Positions 36,725 through 45,898 of a stretch of 64,000 bases of DNA are shown here, one piece after another. This DNA comes from Verrucomicrobiota bacterium (GTDB lineage: Bacteria > Verrucomicrobiota > Verrucomicrobiia > CAIQCK01): assembly GCA_026397915.1 (NCBI GenBank), contig JAPLTX010000044.1, positions 22,779 through 86,778 of the forward strand, in the 5' to 3' direction. The translations under genes and the position numbers were made by a program. Positions within the stretch are counted from its first letter, which is position 1. Every line of letters starts with the position of its first letter. Under the pieces are notes generated by a model. The model had not been told where the DNA came from, did no database searches, and saw nothing but the letters and a program-made list of their open reading frames with translations.

Positions 36725-38518
36725 TTACTTCACGATCTCCAGCCAGCCGAGCGAAGTCGGGACGTGGAAGTCCGGCTCCTCGGTCTTCGGGTCTACCCAC
36801 GTCATCCATGTCTGGATGGGCGGCGGTCCGTCGAGACGACGGCCGCGATTGTGGATGCTCGCGCGTTGAACCACTGGCTTCCCGCTGCGGTCGTGACTGA
36901 ACTCCGCGCGGAACAGGCCGCAGCGAATCTTCACGCCGGGCCGCAACCGTGGGAAACCCATCGCCTCGAAGCTCGCCAGCGGGATGCGCCCCTCCACGAC
37001 GTAGCCGTTCGGCAGCGGCGAGGCCGCCGTCTCCAGCCCCTTGAAGCTCCACGATGGATCGATCTGCCGGTAGTAGGCGCCGCGGTAGTCGTAGGCGCGA
37101 CCGCGCGAATCCACCTCAATGCAGTAGTAGTTCTTCATCCAGTCGTCGGGCGCGAAATACATCTCGGCGCGGTCCTCGAAGATCGCGTCCTGCTTGTCGC
37201 GCAGCTTCTCCAGCACCACGATGTCGTCGTCGTGAATGCGGAAGGTGAAGTAGAGATGCGTCTCGTCGCACAGCGCGCGGAACTCCGTCGCCGGCGGGGG
37301 CGTCTTATCCCACGGGAAGATGAACTGCTTCTCGACGGCGGTCTCGGCCCACTCCGGCTCGTCGGCGCGGCCGTCCACCTTGATGCCCGTCTTCGCCATC
37401 CAGCGGACGCGATACGCCTGTTCGCTGAGCTTGCGCGGCTGGAAATCATCCTCCTGCAACTTGATCCGCAGCGGGCCTTGCATCGTCGTCACCCACAGCT
37501 CGCCCGGCACGCGCTCGAATACGTAGGGATACGAGAGGCGATGCTCCTGCTCCTTGTGGCCCGGCTGCAACGGGTCATAGGCCACCACCACCGGCTCCGT
37601 CCACGAGCGGCCGTCGTCCTCCGACAGCGCCATAGAGAGCTGCTCGCGCCGACCGGTCTGCTTCGCCGCATCCATGTAGCGGTTCCAGAACAACACCAGC
37701 CGCCCGCTCTGGAGCCGCTGCAACTGCCCTGGTGAACCGCTTTGTTTGATCGGCCCCGGCTTGATGTCGCCCCAAGTCAGCCCCTCGTCCGTCGAGAACG
37801 CCTCCGTGAAACAACCCGCGTAAGTGCGGATGAGCATCCAAAGCCGTCCGTCCTTCAGTTGCGCCAGCGTCGGCTCGATCCCGCCGCCGTGGTCGCCGTA
37901 GCCGCCATACTTGCCGAGATCAATCACGTTGCTCTTCTTCCAAGTCTTGCCCTCATCGTCGGAGGCGTAGCTGAAGCACACGTGCCGGCCGGGATTGGCC
38001 ACCGCCACCTGACAGCCCATCACCAGCCGCCCGCTGCGCAACTGCACCATCGTCCGCAACGCCCCGCACCAGCCGTCCTGCACCTTCCGCGGCTCCTCCC
38101 ACGTTTCGCCGTCATCCAGACTGCGCGTCACATACACCGGCAGGCGGCAGTCCGGCTGCGGCCCGCCTTTCTTTTGGTCCCATCGGAGCACCATCTCCTT
38201 CATATTCAGGAACGCCAGCACCAGCACTCCCTCGCGCGTCCGCAGCAACGTCCGCTCCCCGCGACACTCAAACTTCTTGGCGTCCGCAAATAGCGGGCGC
38301 GGCTGCCACGACTTCCCGCCGTCCTTGCTGACGAGCGCGCGGCTGTCGTCCACCGCCACGATGCCGCCGTCGCCGCGCTTGGCGAACGGCCCCAGCAGCG
38401 TCGTCGGCAGCAGCGCGGCCTTCGGATGCAGCAACAGCGTCTTGCCGCCACACTCCACCTTGTTCCAGTCGGCCATCGCAGCCGAGCATACGAACGCGAG
38501 TAATATCAGATAGCGCAT
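36725..38518 (-). CDS. Secreted BNR/sialidase-like beta-propeller with C-terminal CBM9-like domain
   Basis: Signal peptide; five Asp-boxes (SKDGGKSW, SLDDGETW, SDDEGKTW, STDEGLTW, SEDDGRSW), SYP; C-terminal VDGRADEPEW...EDRAE...PDFH. Confidence 0.85.
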   Translation of the reverse strand: MRYLILLAFVCSAAMADWNKVECGGKTLLLHPKAALLPTTLLGPFAKRGDGGIVAVDDSRALVSKDGGKSWQPRPLFADAKKFECRGERTLLRTREGVLVLAFLNMKEMVLRWDQKKGGPQPDCRLPVYVTRSLDDGETWEEPRKVQDGWCGALRTMVQLRSGRLVMGCQVAVANPGRHVCFSYASDDEGKTWKKSNVIDLGKYGGYGDHGGGIEPTLAQLKDGRLWMLIRTYAGCFTEAFSTDEGLTWGDIKPGPIKQSGSPGQLQRLQSGRLVLFWNRYMDAAKQTGRREQLSMALSEDDGRSWTEPVVVAYDPLQPGHKEQEHRLSYPYVFERVPGELWVTTMQGPLRIKLQEDDFQPRKLSEQAYRVRWMAKTGIKVDGRADEPEWAETAVEKQFIFPWDKTPPPATEFRALCDETHLYFTFRIHDDDIVVLEKLRDKQDAIFEDRAEMYFAPDDWMKNYYCIEVDSRGRAYDYRGAYYRQIDPSWSFKGLETAASPLPNGYVVEGRIPLASFEAMGFPRLRPGVKIRCGLFRAEFSHDRSGKPVVQRASIHNRGRRLDGPPPIQTWMTWVDPKTEEPDFHVPTSLGWLEIVK

Positions 38519-38600
38519 GATGTTTCTCCGGACCCGAACGCCATCGCATGCTGCTTGCCGCCAGCAGCGGGCGGAGGGGCGGGGTGATTGCGACTCTTGG

Positions 38601-38900
38601 TTAGGCGGCCTTGTCATCCTCTCCACCTTTAATTTGAATCCAAGTGTTTTGACAAAGCACTGAGTTGTCCTCGTCAGAAAGCAAAATGGATTGAGAGAAA
38701 TCGAAGTGATCCCTGAGTAGGTCGAACCGGATAGGCCGACGTAATTGGCAATACCATCCGTCCTTGTCCTTCTCCCATCTGCGTGGTGTCGTCAGCGCAT
38801 TACCATGCAGAAGCAGGAAATCAATAACGGGATCGAGATGTGCATAAGGTGCAGATGCGGGCGGCCAGGAAGTGTCCGAGCTTTCAATACGCTGCTTCAT
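38601..38900 (-). CDS. Hypothetical protein (low GC, orphan)
   Basis: 99 aa; SD GGAG; visibly lower GC than flanks; no recognisable motif. Confidence 0.6.
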   Translation of the reverse strand: MKQRIESSDTSWPPASAPYAHLDPVIDFLLLHGNALTTPRRWEKDKDGWYCQLRRPIRFDLLRDHFDFSQSILLSDEDNSVLCQNTWIQIKGGEDDKAA

Positions 38901-39172
38901 GTGAACTCCATGAGACCGCAAATAATCTATTTAGACTGTCAGGTTTGTCGCATAACACGCGAGGTGCAGCAAGGGCGAAGCGAGACGGGGTGGAGCGGGG
39001 AGATTGAGGCGCGGCGGCGGGGCAAGCCGGCTCTCGGTTCTCATGCGTTCCATCCGCCGGTCGCCGCCGACAATGCCGGGTAGAGTCAGAAAGGCTGCAT
39101 GTTGGCAACGGGGAAACGACCGGTCCTAGGCGCACCCCATGCGGCATCGGCGCGGGGATGTTGTTGCGGTGA

Positions 39173-39395
39173 CGCACAGGTGCGACCACCCCTGTGCACA
39201 ACCGCTGTCGCAGTCACGCGGGAGGGCTATCGCAGTCTCGCACGGGTGCGACCGTCCCTGTGCACAACCGCTATCGCAGTCTCGCGGGAGGGCTACCGCG
39301 GTCTCGCACGGGTGCGACCGCCCCCGTGCACAACCGCTGTCGCAGTCACGCAGGAGGGCTACCGCGGTCACGCGCAGGTGCGCCCGCCCCCGCGC
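39173..39395. repeat. 66-bp tandem repeat (about 3.4 copies) built from 22-bp subunits
   Basis: GGTGCG anchor recurs at 39179, 39245, 39311, 39377 (period 66). Confidence 0.9.
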
Positions 39396-39400
39396 AATCT

Positions 39401-39425
39401 GTGGTCACGGATTGCAATCCGTGAC
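39401..39425. repeat. REP-like perfect 22-bp palindrome GTCACGGATTGCAATCCGTGAC
   Basis: Perfect palindrome 39404-39425 with a GTGG tag at 39401. Confidence 0.75.
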
Positions 39426-39594
39426 AATTGTTGGCGCATCACCCCTACAGCACCTCAGCGTCTGAAGTCATTGTTTTTGAGCGGATTACGGGTCAAAACC
39501 AGCCTCCAAACACCCTTTTGACCTCGTCCGATGCGGAAATGGCTATAAAACGCCACACCTCAACCAGGAAATTCCGAGCCATGCCTTCGTTGAG

Positions 39595-39644
39595 TGTTAC
39601 CGATGTCTTGAACCTGACCCGTTACCCATGTCCTGAACCTGCAC
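39595..39644. mobile_element. Solo insertion-sequence end remnant (IS481-like)
   Basis: Direct repeats GTTACCgATGTCtTGAACCTG / GTTACCcATGTCcTGAACCTG 25 bp apart; no transposase nearby. Confidence 0.5.
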
Positions 39645-39664
39645 CGTGCGAGGCGCGTGGGTTG

Positions 39665-39901
39665 CTACAGACGAAACTCGACATTGCACCGGGACAGCGA
39701 GCGCAGCCTTCGACGGCCGGCGTGCTTTCGCATGAGCGGCAAGAGGGATTCGCAATAGTGCAGCATCTCATCAGCGCTCATCTTCGATGGCCGTTCGATG
39801 TGGCCGCTCCAGTCAGGGAACTCCAAGTCGGGAGCGGGCTTGGAGCGCGTCTGGTAGAGCGTCGCGGTTTCACGAACCACATGCTTGGAGGACTTGCTCA
39901 T
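39665..39901 (-). CDS. Small hypothetical protein, partner of upstream nucleotidyltransferase
   Basis: 78 aa; overlaps the 3' end of the NTase gene. Confidence 0.6.
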   Translation of the reverse strand: MSKSSKHVVRETATLYQTRSKPAPDLEFPDWSGHIERPSKMSADEMLHYCESLLPLMRKHAGRRRLRSLSRCNVEFRL

Positions 39902-40403
39902 AGAGTTTCAGGTCACCATATTTCACAAACAACTGCCGGAAGGATTCTGACCGCACATCCACGCCGTTGGCGAGCGCCAATCGAATGACGTCGTCCATGT
40001 CTTTCAGCCGGCGCAGGCCCCGACCATGCTTGAGGGCATGAATCTTCAGCGCGAACAAATGGTTCAAGCTCGGAATGCGGACGGAAACTCCGCCCAGCTT
40101 GACGACCTTCGCTTCGGCGAACATCTTTCCGAACGTCTCCGCCGGAACGAGCATCAAGTCCAAATCCCAGCATGTCTCGTCAGTGGACTCAAACTGCAGG
40201 AAGCTGCCGCCGTCGTGAACCACCTTGTAGCCAAAGCCTCGCAGCATCTCTTCCCATTGAGACCGGTTCTCTTTGCGCACGAGAATATCGGCGTCGTCCG
40301 TGGCTCGCACGAATCCATGACAGATCACCGCGTGCGCGCCGATGACAAGGAAATCGAGTTGGCGCTTGGCCGCTTCACGACTGAGTTGGTCGAACACTGA
40401 CAT
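39870..40403 (-). CDS. Pol-beta-superfamily nucleotidyltransferase (AbiEii/DUF6036-like)
   Basis: IGAHAV...RATDDAD (GxxA...RxTxDxD), LFALK, KDMDD. Confidence 0.78.
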   Translation of the reverse strand: MSVFDQLSREAAKRQLDFLVIGAHAVICHGFVRATDDADILVRKENRSQWEEMLRGFGYKVVHDGGSFLQFESTDETCWDLDLMLVPAETFGKMFAEAKVVKLGGVSVRIPSLNHLFALKIHALKHGRGLRRLKDMDDVIRLALANGVDVRSESFRQLFVKYGDLKLYEQVLQACGS

Positions 40404-40585
40404 AAGCTCCACGTGAGACGTTGGAATACTGCGCGGTTTGACGTGCCAAAGCAAGGCTTCGGCAGTGAGGAGTAGGAGGAGTTCTTTGATTCCTCACTCG
40501 TCACTTCTCAATTGCCTCTGTTATCCTGCCGCACACGATGTTTGGACTGAGAACTGGTTTTTGAAACGAGTGACCGGAGACGGAA

Positions 40586-42031
40586 ATGGATGCGCGATTG
40601 AATCGTCGGGATTGGATGAAGACTACGGGTCTGGCTGCGGGCGCTTGGGCGGCAGGCGCGGTGACGGCGTCGGCAGCGGAACCGAAGCGCGAGGGCGCAC
40701 CGGCACGAGCGGGGAAGGGGTCGGTGGTGTTCCAGCGGACGCTGCCGGTGCGGCATGAGGTGGATGTGTTTGTGGCGGGCGGCGGGCCGGCGGGAACGGC
40801 GGCGGCGGTGGCGGCGCGGAGTCAGGGGGCGCGGGTGTTTCTGGCGGAGGCGCATTCGTGTCTGGGCGGGATGGGGACGGCGGGCCGGGTGCCGTTGTTC
40901 ATGCCGGTGACGGACGGAGTGAACTTTCTGGCGGGCGGTTTCGGCAAGCGGGTGGTGGAGCGGTTGGCGAAGGAGCGGGGCTTGCGCGGGCCGGCGCATG
41001 ACATCGAGGCGCTGAAGCGGGTGTATGACGCGATGGTAGGGGAGTCGGGCGCGGCGTTCACGTTTCACACGAGCTTGATCGGGGTGGAGGCGGAGGGCGG
41101 GCGAATTTCGCACGTGGTCTGCGCGGCGCCGAGCGGGATGTTTGCGGTGCGGGCGAATGTGTATGTGGATGCGACGGGCAACGGCGATCTGGCGGCGTGG
41201 GCGGGCGCGGCGTTTGAAAAGGGCGGCGCGCGGGGCCAACTCATGCCGGGGACGTTGTGCAGTGTGTGGGGCGATATTGATTGGAAGACGTGGCTGGAGA
41301 ACCGGCCCAAAGGCCAGCAGCCGGACGGGCACATGTTGGAGAAGGCGTTTGCGGATGGCGTGTTCACTGTGCGAGACGAGCATCTGACGGGGATGTTTCG
41401 GCTCGGCGAGACGCTCGGCGCGGGCAACATCGGCCATACGTTCGACGTGGACGCGACGGATGAGGTGTCTCTGACGAAGGCGCTGGTGTCGGGGCGCAAG
41501 GCGCTGAAGGAATACGAGCGCTATTACCGGGAGTATCTGAAGGGTTTTGAGAAGACGCGGCTGGTGGCGAGCGGCTCGCTGCTCGGCGTGCGCGAGACGC
41601 GGCGGATCATGGGCGACTATGTGTTGTGCCTGGATGACTACAAACGGCGCGCGACGTTCCCCGACGAGATCGGCCGCTACGCCTACGCGATTGACATCCA
41701 CCCGCTGCGTCCCGGCAAGGACACCTACGTGCAGCATCGCAAGGAGTTCGATGAGACTTTCCGCTACGGCAAGGGCGAGAGCTACGGCATTCCCTACCGC
41801 ATCCTGACGCCACGCGGCGTGGAGAACCTGCTGGTGGCGGGGCGTTGCGTGAGCGCGGACGCGATGGTGCACGGTTCGATCCGCGTAATGCCGGGCTGCT
41901 TCATCACCGGTCAGGCCGCGGGCATGGCCGCGGCGATGGCCGGCAGCCAGAATCTTTCGGTGCATCGTGTGGACGTGAAGGACCTGCAGCGGCGCTTGAA
42001 GGACTTCGGCGCGTTTTTGCCGAACGCTTGA
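40586..42031 (+). CDS. Tat-exported FAD-dependent oxidoreductase
   Basis: NRRDWM twin-Arg signal; VAGGGPAG, VDATGNGD, GVRETRR, YGIPYR, AGRCVS. Confidence 0.88.
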   Translation: MDARLNRRDWMKTTGLAAGAWAAGAVTASAAEPKREGAPARAGKGSVVFQRTLPVRHEVDVFVAGGGPAGTAAAVAARSQGARVFLAEAHSCLGGMGTAGRVPLFMPVTDGVNFLAGGFGKRVVERLAKERGLRGPAHDIEALKRVYDAMVGESGAAFTFHTSLIGVEAEGGRISHVVCAAPSGMFAVRANVYVDATGNGDLAAWAGAAFEKGGARGQLMPGTLCSVWGDIDWKTWLENRPKGQQPDGHMLEKAFADGVFTVRDEHLTGMFRLGETLGAGNIGHTFDVDATDEVSLTKALVSGRKALKEYERYYREYLKGFEKTRLVASGSLLGVRETRRIMGDYVLCLDDYKRRATFPDEIGRYAYAIDIHPLRPGKDTYVQHRKEFDETFRYGKGESYGIPYRILTPRGVENLLVAGRCVSADAMVHGSIRVMPGCFITGQAAGMAAAMAGSQNLSVHRVDVKDLQRRLKDFGAFLPNA

Positions 42032-42090
42032 TGGCGCACCAATCTCGTAACGGCGTCCGTGATTGGTTCGTGATATATTGGAACCGCACG

Positions 42091-43290
42091 GTGAGAACGA
42101 CACGAACACGCGGCGGAACAGACTTGGAATCGCGGCTGCGCGCGATGACGCGGGGGGGTGCGCTCTACGAGAAGCTGCCGGAGAAAAAGGTGCGCTGTGT
42201 GGCGTGCGCGCACCGCTGCTTAGTGGCCGATGGACACGCGGGCATCTGCCAGGTGCGCTTCAACGAAGCCGGCGAGCTGCGGGTGCCAGCGGGTTACACG
42301 GCGGGGTTGGCGGTGGACCCGATCGAGAAGAAGCCATTCTATCATGCGCTACCGGGGTCGTTGGCGTGCAGCTTCGGGATGCTCGGCTGCGATTTCCGCT
42401 GCGGGTTCTGCCAGAACTGGGTCAGCTCGCAAACGTTGCGCGATCCGCGCGCGGGCGCCGACGTGGTGGAGATCACCGCCGAGCAGATCGTCGAGGCTGC
42501 GCGGCGGCACGGGGCGCTGTCAGTGACAAGTACTTATAACGAACCACTGATCACCAGCGAATGGTCGGTGGAGATTTTTCGTCGCGCGCGCGAGGCGGGG
42601 TTGGCAACAAGCTTTGTCTCCAACGGTCACGCCACGCCGGAGGTGGTAGATTATCTGCGACCGTGGGTGGATTTCTACAAGGTGGACCTCAAGACGTTCA
42701 ATCCACGAAACTATCGCGACCTCGGCGACAAACTCGAACCGGTGCTCTCGACGATCCGGATGCTCTACGAACGCGGGTTTTGGGTGGAAGTGGTGACGTT
42801 GCTGGTGCCGCGGTTCAACGACAGCGAGTCCGAGCTGCGCGACATGGCGAGGTTCATTCGCAGCGTCTCGCCGGATATCCCGTGGCACGTGACCTCGTTT
42901 CACAGCGACTACCAGATGCAGGATCGGCACGAGACGAGCGCGCGGCAGGTGGTGCGCGCTGCGGAGATCGGTCGCGAGGAAGGGCTGCACTACGTCTATG
43001 CCGGCAACCGACCCGGCGACGTGGGTGATTGGGAGAACACGCGCTGCCCAGGCTGTAACGCGCTGCTCATCGAGCGCGTCGGTTTCACGGTTGTGATAAA
43101 TGACCTGCGGAACGGTCGTTGCCCGAAGTGCAGCGCGGCCATTCCCGGCGTCTGGACGATGGAGGATGTCGAGGCGGCGCGCGCCTGCGGTCGCCGTGAA
43201 GCGCCGAAGCTGGATATTGCGAAACTTGTGGCCGACGCGGAGGGAAAGTTTGAGAGAGTGCAGGGCGGCTCTACAACGCGTGCGGATTGA
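42091..43290 (+). CDS. amrS: AmmeMemoRadiSam system radical SAM enzyme
   Basis: CVACAHRC, VDPIEKKPFYH, CDFRCGFCQN (CxxxCxxC), TYNEP, YVYAGN, C-terminal CPGC/CPKC; start uncertain (42031/42091/42145). Confidence 0.88.
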   Translation: MRTTRTRGGTDLESRLRAMTRGGALYEKLPEKKVRCVACAHRCLVADGHAGICQVRFNEAGELRVPAGYTAGLAVDPIEKKPFYHALPGSLACSFGMLGCDFRCGFCQNWVSSQTLRDPRAGADVVEITAEQIVEAARRHGALSVTSTYNEPLITSEWSVEIFRRAREAGLATSFVSNGHATPEVVDYLRPWVDFYKVDLKTFNPRNYRDLGDKLEPVLSTIRMLYERGFWVEVVTLLVPRFNDSESELRDMARFIRSVSPDIPWHVTSFHSDYQMQDRHETSARQVVRAAEIGREEGLHYVYAGNRPGDVGDWENTRCPGCNALLIERVGFTVVINDLRNGRCPKCSAAIPGVWTMEDVEAARACGRREAPKLDIAKLVADAEGKFERVQGGSTTRAD

Positions 43291-43645
43291 CGCCGACGCC
43301 GACGATGGAGCACGCGACGATGGGGTTGAGGCCGAGTGACTGCGCCTTCTCGTAAAGCTCTGGCGAATCCGCGCCGGGATTGAGCCAGAGTTCCTTGCAG
43401 CCCTTCTTTACGATTTCCTCCACGAGCTTCATGCCGACGGCAGGCGGCACGTAGAGGCTGATCTTGTCGAGAGGGTAGGGGATGTCGAGCACAGAACGGT
43501 ATGCCTTCAACCCTTCGATGGTTTGTTCGGTTGGATGGACGGGGAAAACGTCGTAGCCCTGCTGGAGGAAAGCACGCACAGCTTTGTTGCCGAACTTTTC
43601 CCTGTTCGAGGACGCCCCGATGACAGCGACGGTTGGTTTGCTCAT
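43271..43645 (-). CDS. CoA-binding domain protein (YccU-like)
   Basis: VAVIGASSNREKFG, PVHP, LWLNPG. Confidence 0.88.
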   Translation of the reverse strand: MSKPTVAVIGASSNREKFGNKAVRAFLQQGYDVFPVHPTEQTIEGLKAYRSVLDIPYPLDKISLYVPPAVGMKLVEEIVKKGCKELWLNPGADSPELYEKAQSLGLNPIVACSIVGVGVNPHAL

Positions 43646-43733
43646 GGTTGAAATTGTCTTGGCAGACTCTGCTTTATCCAACGACGGAAAACAAGTGGCA
43701 GCAGCCGACGGCTCGCTGTAACCTTCGTCGCCG

Positions 43734-44195
43734 ATGCCGGTATTCACTGTCGTGAAAGCTAAAACGATTATCTTCTGCGCCATCACAGCGCTTTGTTTCG
43801 TCGCCGCGCCTTCGCGCGCATCGGAAACCGCCGCTGAGGACACGGCGCGCGAGTGGTTCATGGCGGTGCTGAACGGCAAGAAGGACCGGGTTGACGGCAT
43901 GACGCGCGTGCCGTTCGTCTGCATGGAGGGAGTCATTCGAACCAAGGAGCAGTTGCAGCAATTGGTGTTGTCGCGCATCGGCGCGACGAAGCCCAACGAG
44001 AAGTTGGCCGACTTGAAGCCGGAGATGATCAAGGTAAAGATCATCGCCAAACCGAAGTCGGCTGACCCGCGAATGGCGCAGTGGCTGGACGAGGCCGCTG
44101 CACGCGTGTTCGTGGAGATTTTGCTCGGCGAGCACAAGATGGTGCTGTTCATGACGAGGGGCAACAAGCCGAAGGTGGTCGGGATCGGGAAGTAA
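43734..44195 (+). CDS. Secreted hypothetical protein
   Basis: Signal-like N-terminus; typical codon usage. Confidence 0.55.
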   Translation: MPVFTVVKAKTIIFCAITALCFVAAPSRASETAAEDTAREWFMAVLNGKKDRVDGMTRVPFVCMEGVIRTKEQLQQLVLSRIGATKPNEKLADLKPEMIKVKIIAKPKSADPRMAQWLDEAAARVFVEILLGEHKMVLFMTRGNKPKVVGIGK

Positions 44196-44297
44196 AGTTC
44201 TGCCGGTTCTCCACTTTCAACTCATAGCTTTCGGTTCTTCATGCAGCAGCCTTTCCTTGCACAACGGCGCGGGGCGGGGTAAAGAGACGGGCACTGC

Positions 44298-45857
44298 ATG
44301 AAGCTATTTCGAAGGAAAAGCGTGGCCTCGCTGCAACATGAGGCTGCTAACGATCATCGCCTCCGTCGTGCGCTGGGGCCGCTCAACCTTACTACGCTCG
44401 GCATCGGCGCCGTCATTGGCGCGGGCATCTTCGTGCTCACCGGCCAGGCCGCCGCAAAATACGCCGGCCCGGCCATTGTGCTTTCGTTTGTTCTCGCAGG
44501 CATCGCCTGCGGGCTGGCTGGCCTGTGCTACGCCGAGTTCGCCGCGATGATTCCCGTCTCCGGTTCGGCTTACACGTATGGTTATGCCACACTCGGCGAG
44601 TTGTTCGCGTGGATCATTGGATGGGACCTGATCCTGGAATATCTTTTCGCTGCTTCGACGGTCGCGGTCGGTTGGTCGGGTTACGTCGTGTCGTTGCTCT
44701 ACGACCTGAACATCCACATCCCACCTGCGCTCTCGGCAGCCGCAGGCACAAAACTAATTGAGGTTCCCACGGCGTTGGCGGCGGCGTGCAAAATGAAATC
44801 CGGCTGGGCGGCGGTCAGCGATGCGGTGTTGGAGCAGATCAAGGCGGTTGGAACCGATCCTTCCACGCTCAGCCAAGCCACCGCAGTTTTCAACCTGCCG
44901 GCAGTGCTCATCATCATTGCCGTCACGGTGCTGCTTGTGATCGGCATCAAGGAATCCGCCTCATTCAACAACGTGGTCGTGGCGATCAAACTCCTCGTCA
45001 TCCTCTCGTTCATCGCCGTCGGCGTGGCCTACGTGAATCCGGCGAACTGGCATCCGTTCATCCCGGCGGCGGTAGGGCCAGGTCATTTCGGCTGGGGCGG
45101 GGTTTTGCGCGCGGCCGGCGTGATTTTCTTTGCCTACATCGGCTTTGATGCCGTGTCCACCGCGGCGCAGGAGGCCAAGCGCCCGCAACGCGACATGCCC
45201 ATCGGCATTCTGCTTTCGCTGAGTATCTGCACCATTATTTACATCGTCGTCTCGCTGGTGCTGACGGGCGTGGTCTCTTACACACAGCTCAACGTTCCCG
45301 CGCCCATCGCCGTCGCGGTGGACTCGCTCGGAACGTCGGTGTCGAGCTGGATGGGGCCGGTGATCAAGATTGGCGCCATCGCGGGCCTCTCGTCGGTGAT
45401 CCTCGTGATGATGCTCGGCCAGCCGCGAATCTTCTACTGCATGTCCAAAGACGGCCTGCTGCCGCCGATGTTCAGCGTGGTGCATCCGCGGTTCCGCACG
45501 CCGTGGCTGGCGCAGATTCTCACCGGCGTTGTGGCCATGCTGTTTGCGGGTTTCTTCCCCATAGACATCCTGGGCGAACTGGTTTCCATCGGCACGCTGT
45601 TGGCGTTTGCAATCGTCTGCGCCGGCGTGCTTGTGCTGCGATTCACGGACCCGAAGATCGTGCGTCCGTTCCGCACGCCAGTCTACTGGCTGGTGTGCCC
45701 GCTGGGCGTGTTCTTCTGCGTCTGGCTCATGGTCGGCTTGCCGCTGGACACCTGGCTGCGGCTCCTGATCTGGATGGCCATCGGGCTGGTGATCTACTTC
45801 ACCTACGGCGCGCGCCACTCGAAGCTGAACGGGAAGACTGCGGAAGAGACGCGCTAG
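44298..45857 (+). CDS. APC-family (cationic) amino acid permease
   Basis: GIGAVIGAGIF, CYAEFAAMIPVSGSAY, FFAYIGFD, about 12 TM segments. Confidence 0.93.
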   Translation: MKLFRRKSVASLQHEAANDHRLRRALGPLNLTTLGIGAVIGAGIFVLTGQAAAKYAGPAIVLSFVLAGIACGLAGLCYAEFAAMIPVSGSAYTYGYATLGELFAWIIGWDLILEYLFAASTVAVGWSGYVVSLLYDLNIHIPPALSAAAGTKLIEVPTALAAACKMKSGWAAVSDAVLEQIKAVGTDPSTLSQATAVFNLPAVLIIIAVTVLLVIGIKESASFNNVVVAIKLLVILSFIAVGVAYVNPANWHPFIPAAVGPGHFGWGGVLRAAGVIFFAYIGFDAVSTAAQEAKRPQRDMPIGILLSLSICTIIYIVVSLVLTGVVSYTQLNVPAPIAVAVDSLGTSVSSWMGPVIKIGAIAGLSSVILVMMLGQPRIFYCMSKDGLLPPMFSVVHPRFRTPWLAQILTGVVAMLFAGFFPIDILGELVSIGTLLAFAIVCAGVLVLRFTDPKIVRPFRTPVYWLVCPLGVFFCVWLMVGLPLDTWLRLLIWMAIGLVIYFTYGARHSKLNGKTAEETR

Positions 45858-45898
45858 AGCAGGGCGGAATTCTTGGTCGGTCAAACAGGAACATCAAC

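Noticed and set aside
39173-39395. CRISPR array
   Set aside because: Units are contiguous with no unique spacers, and no cas genes are present.
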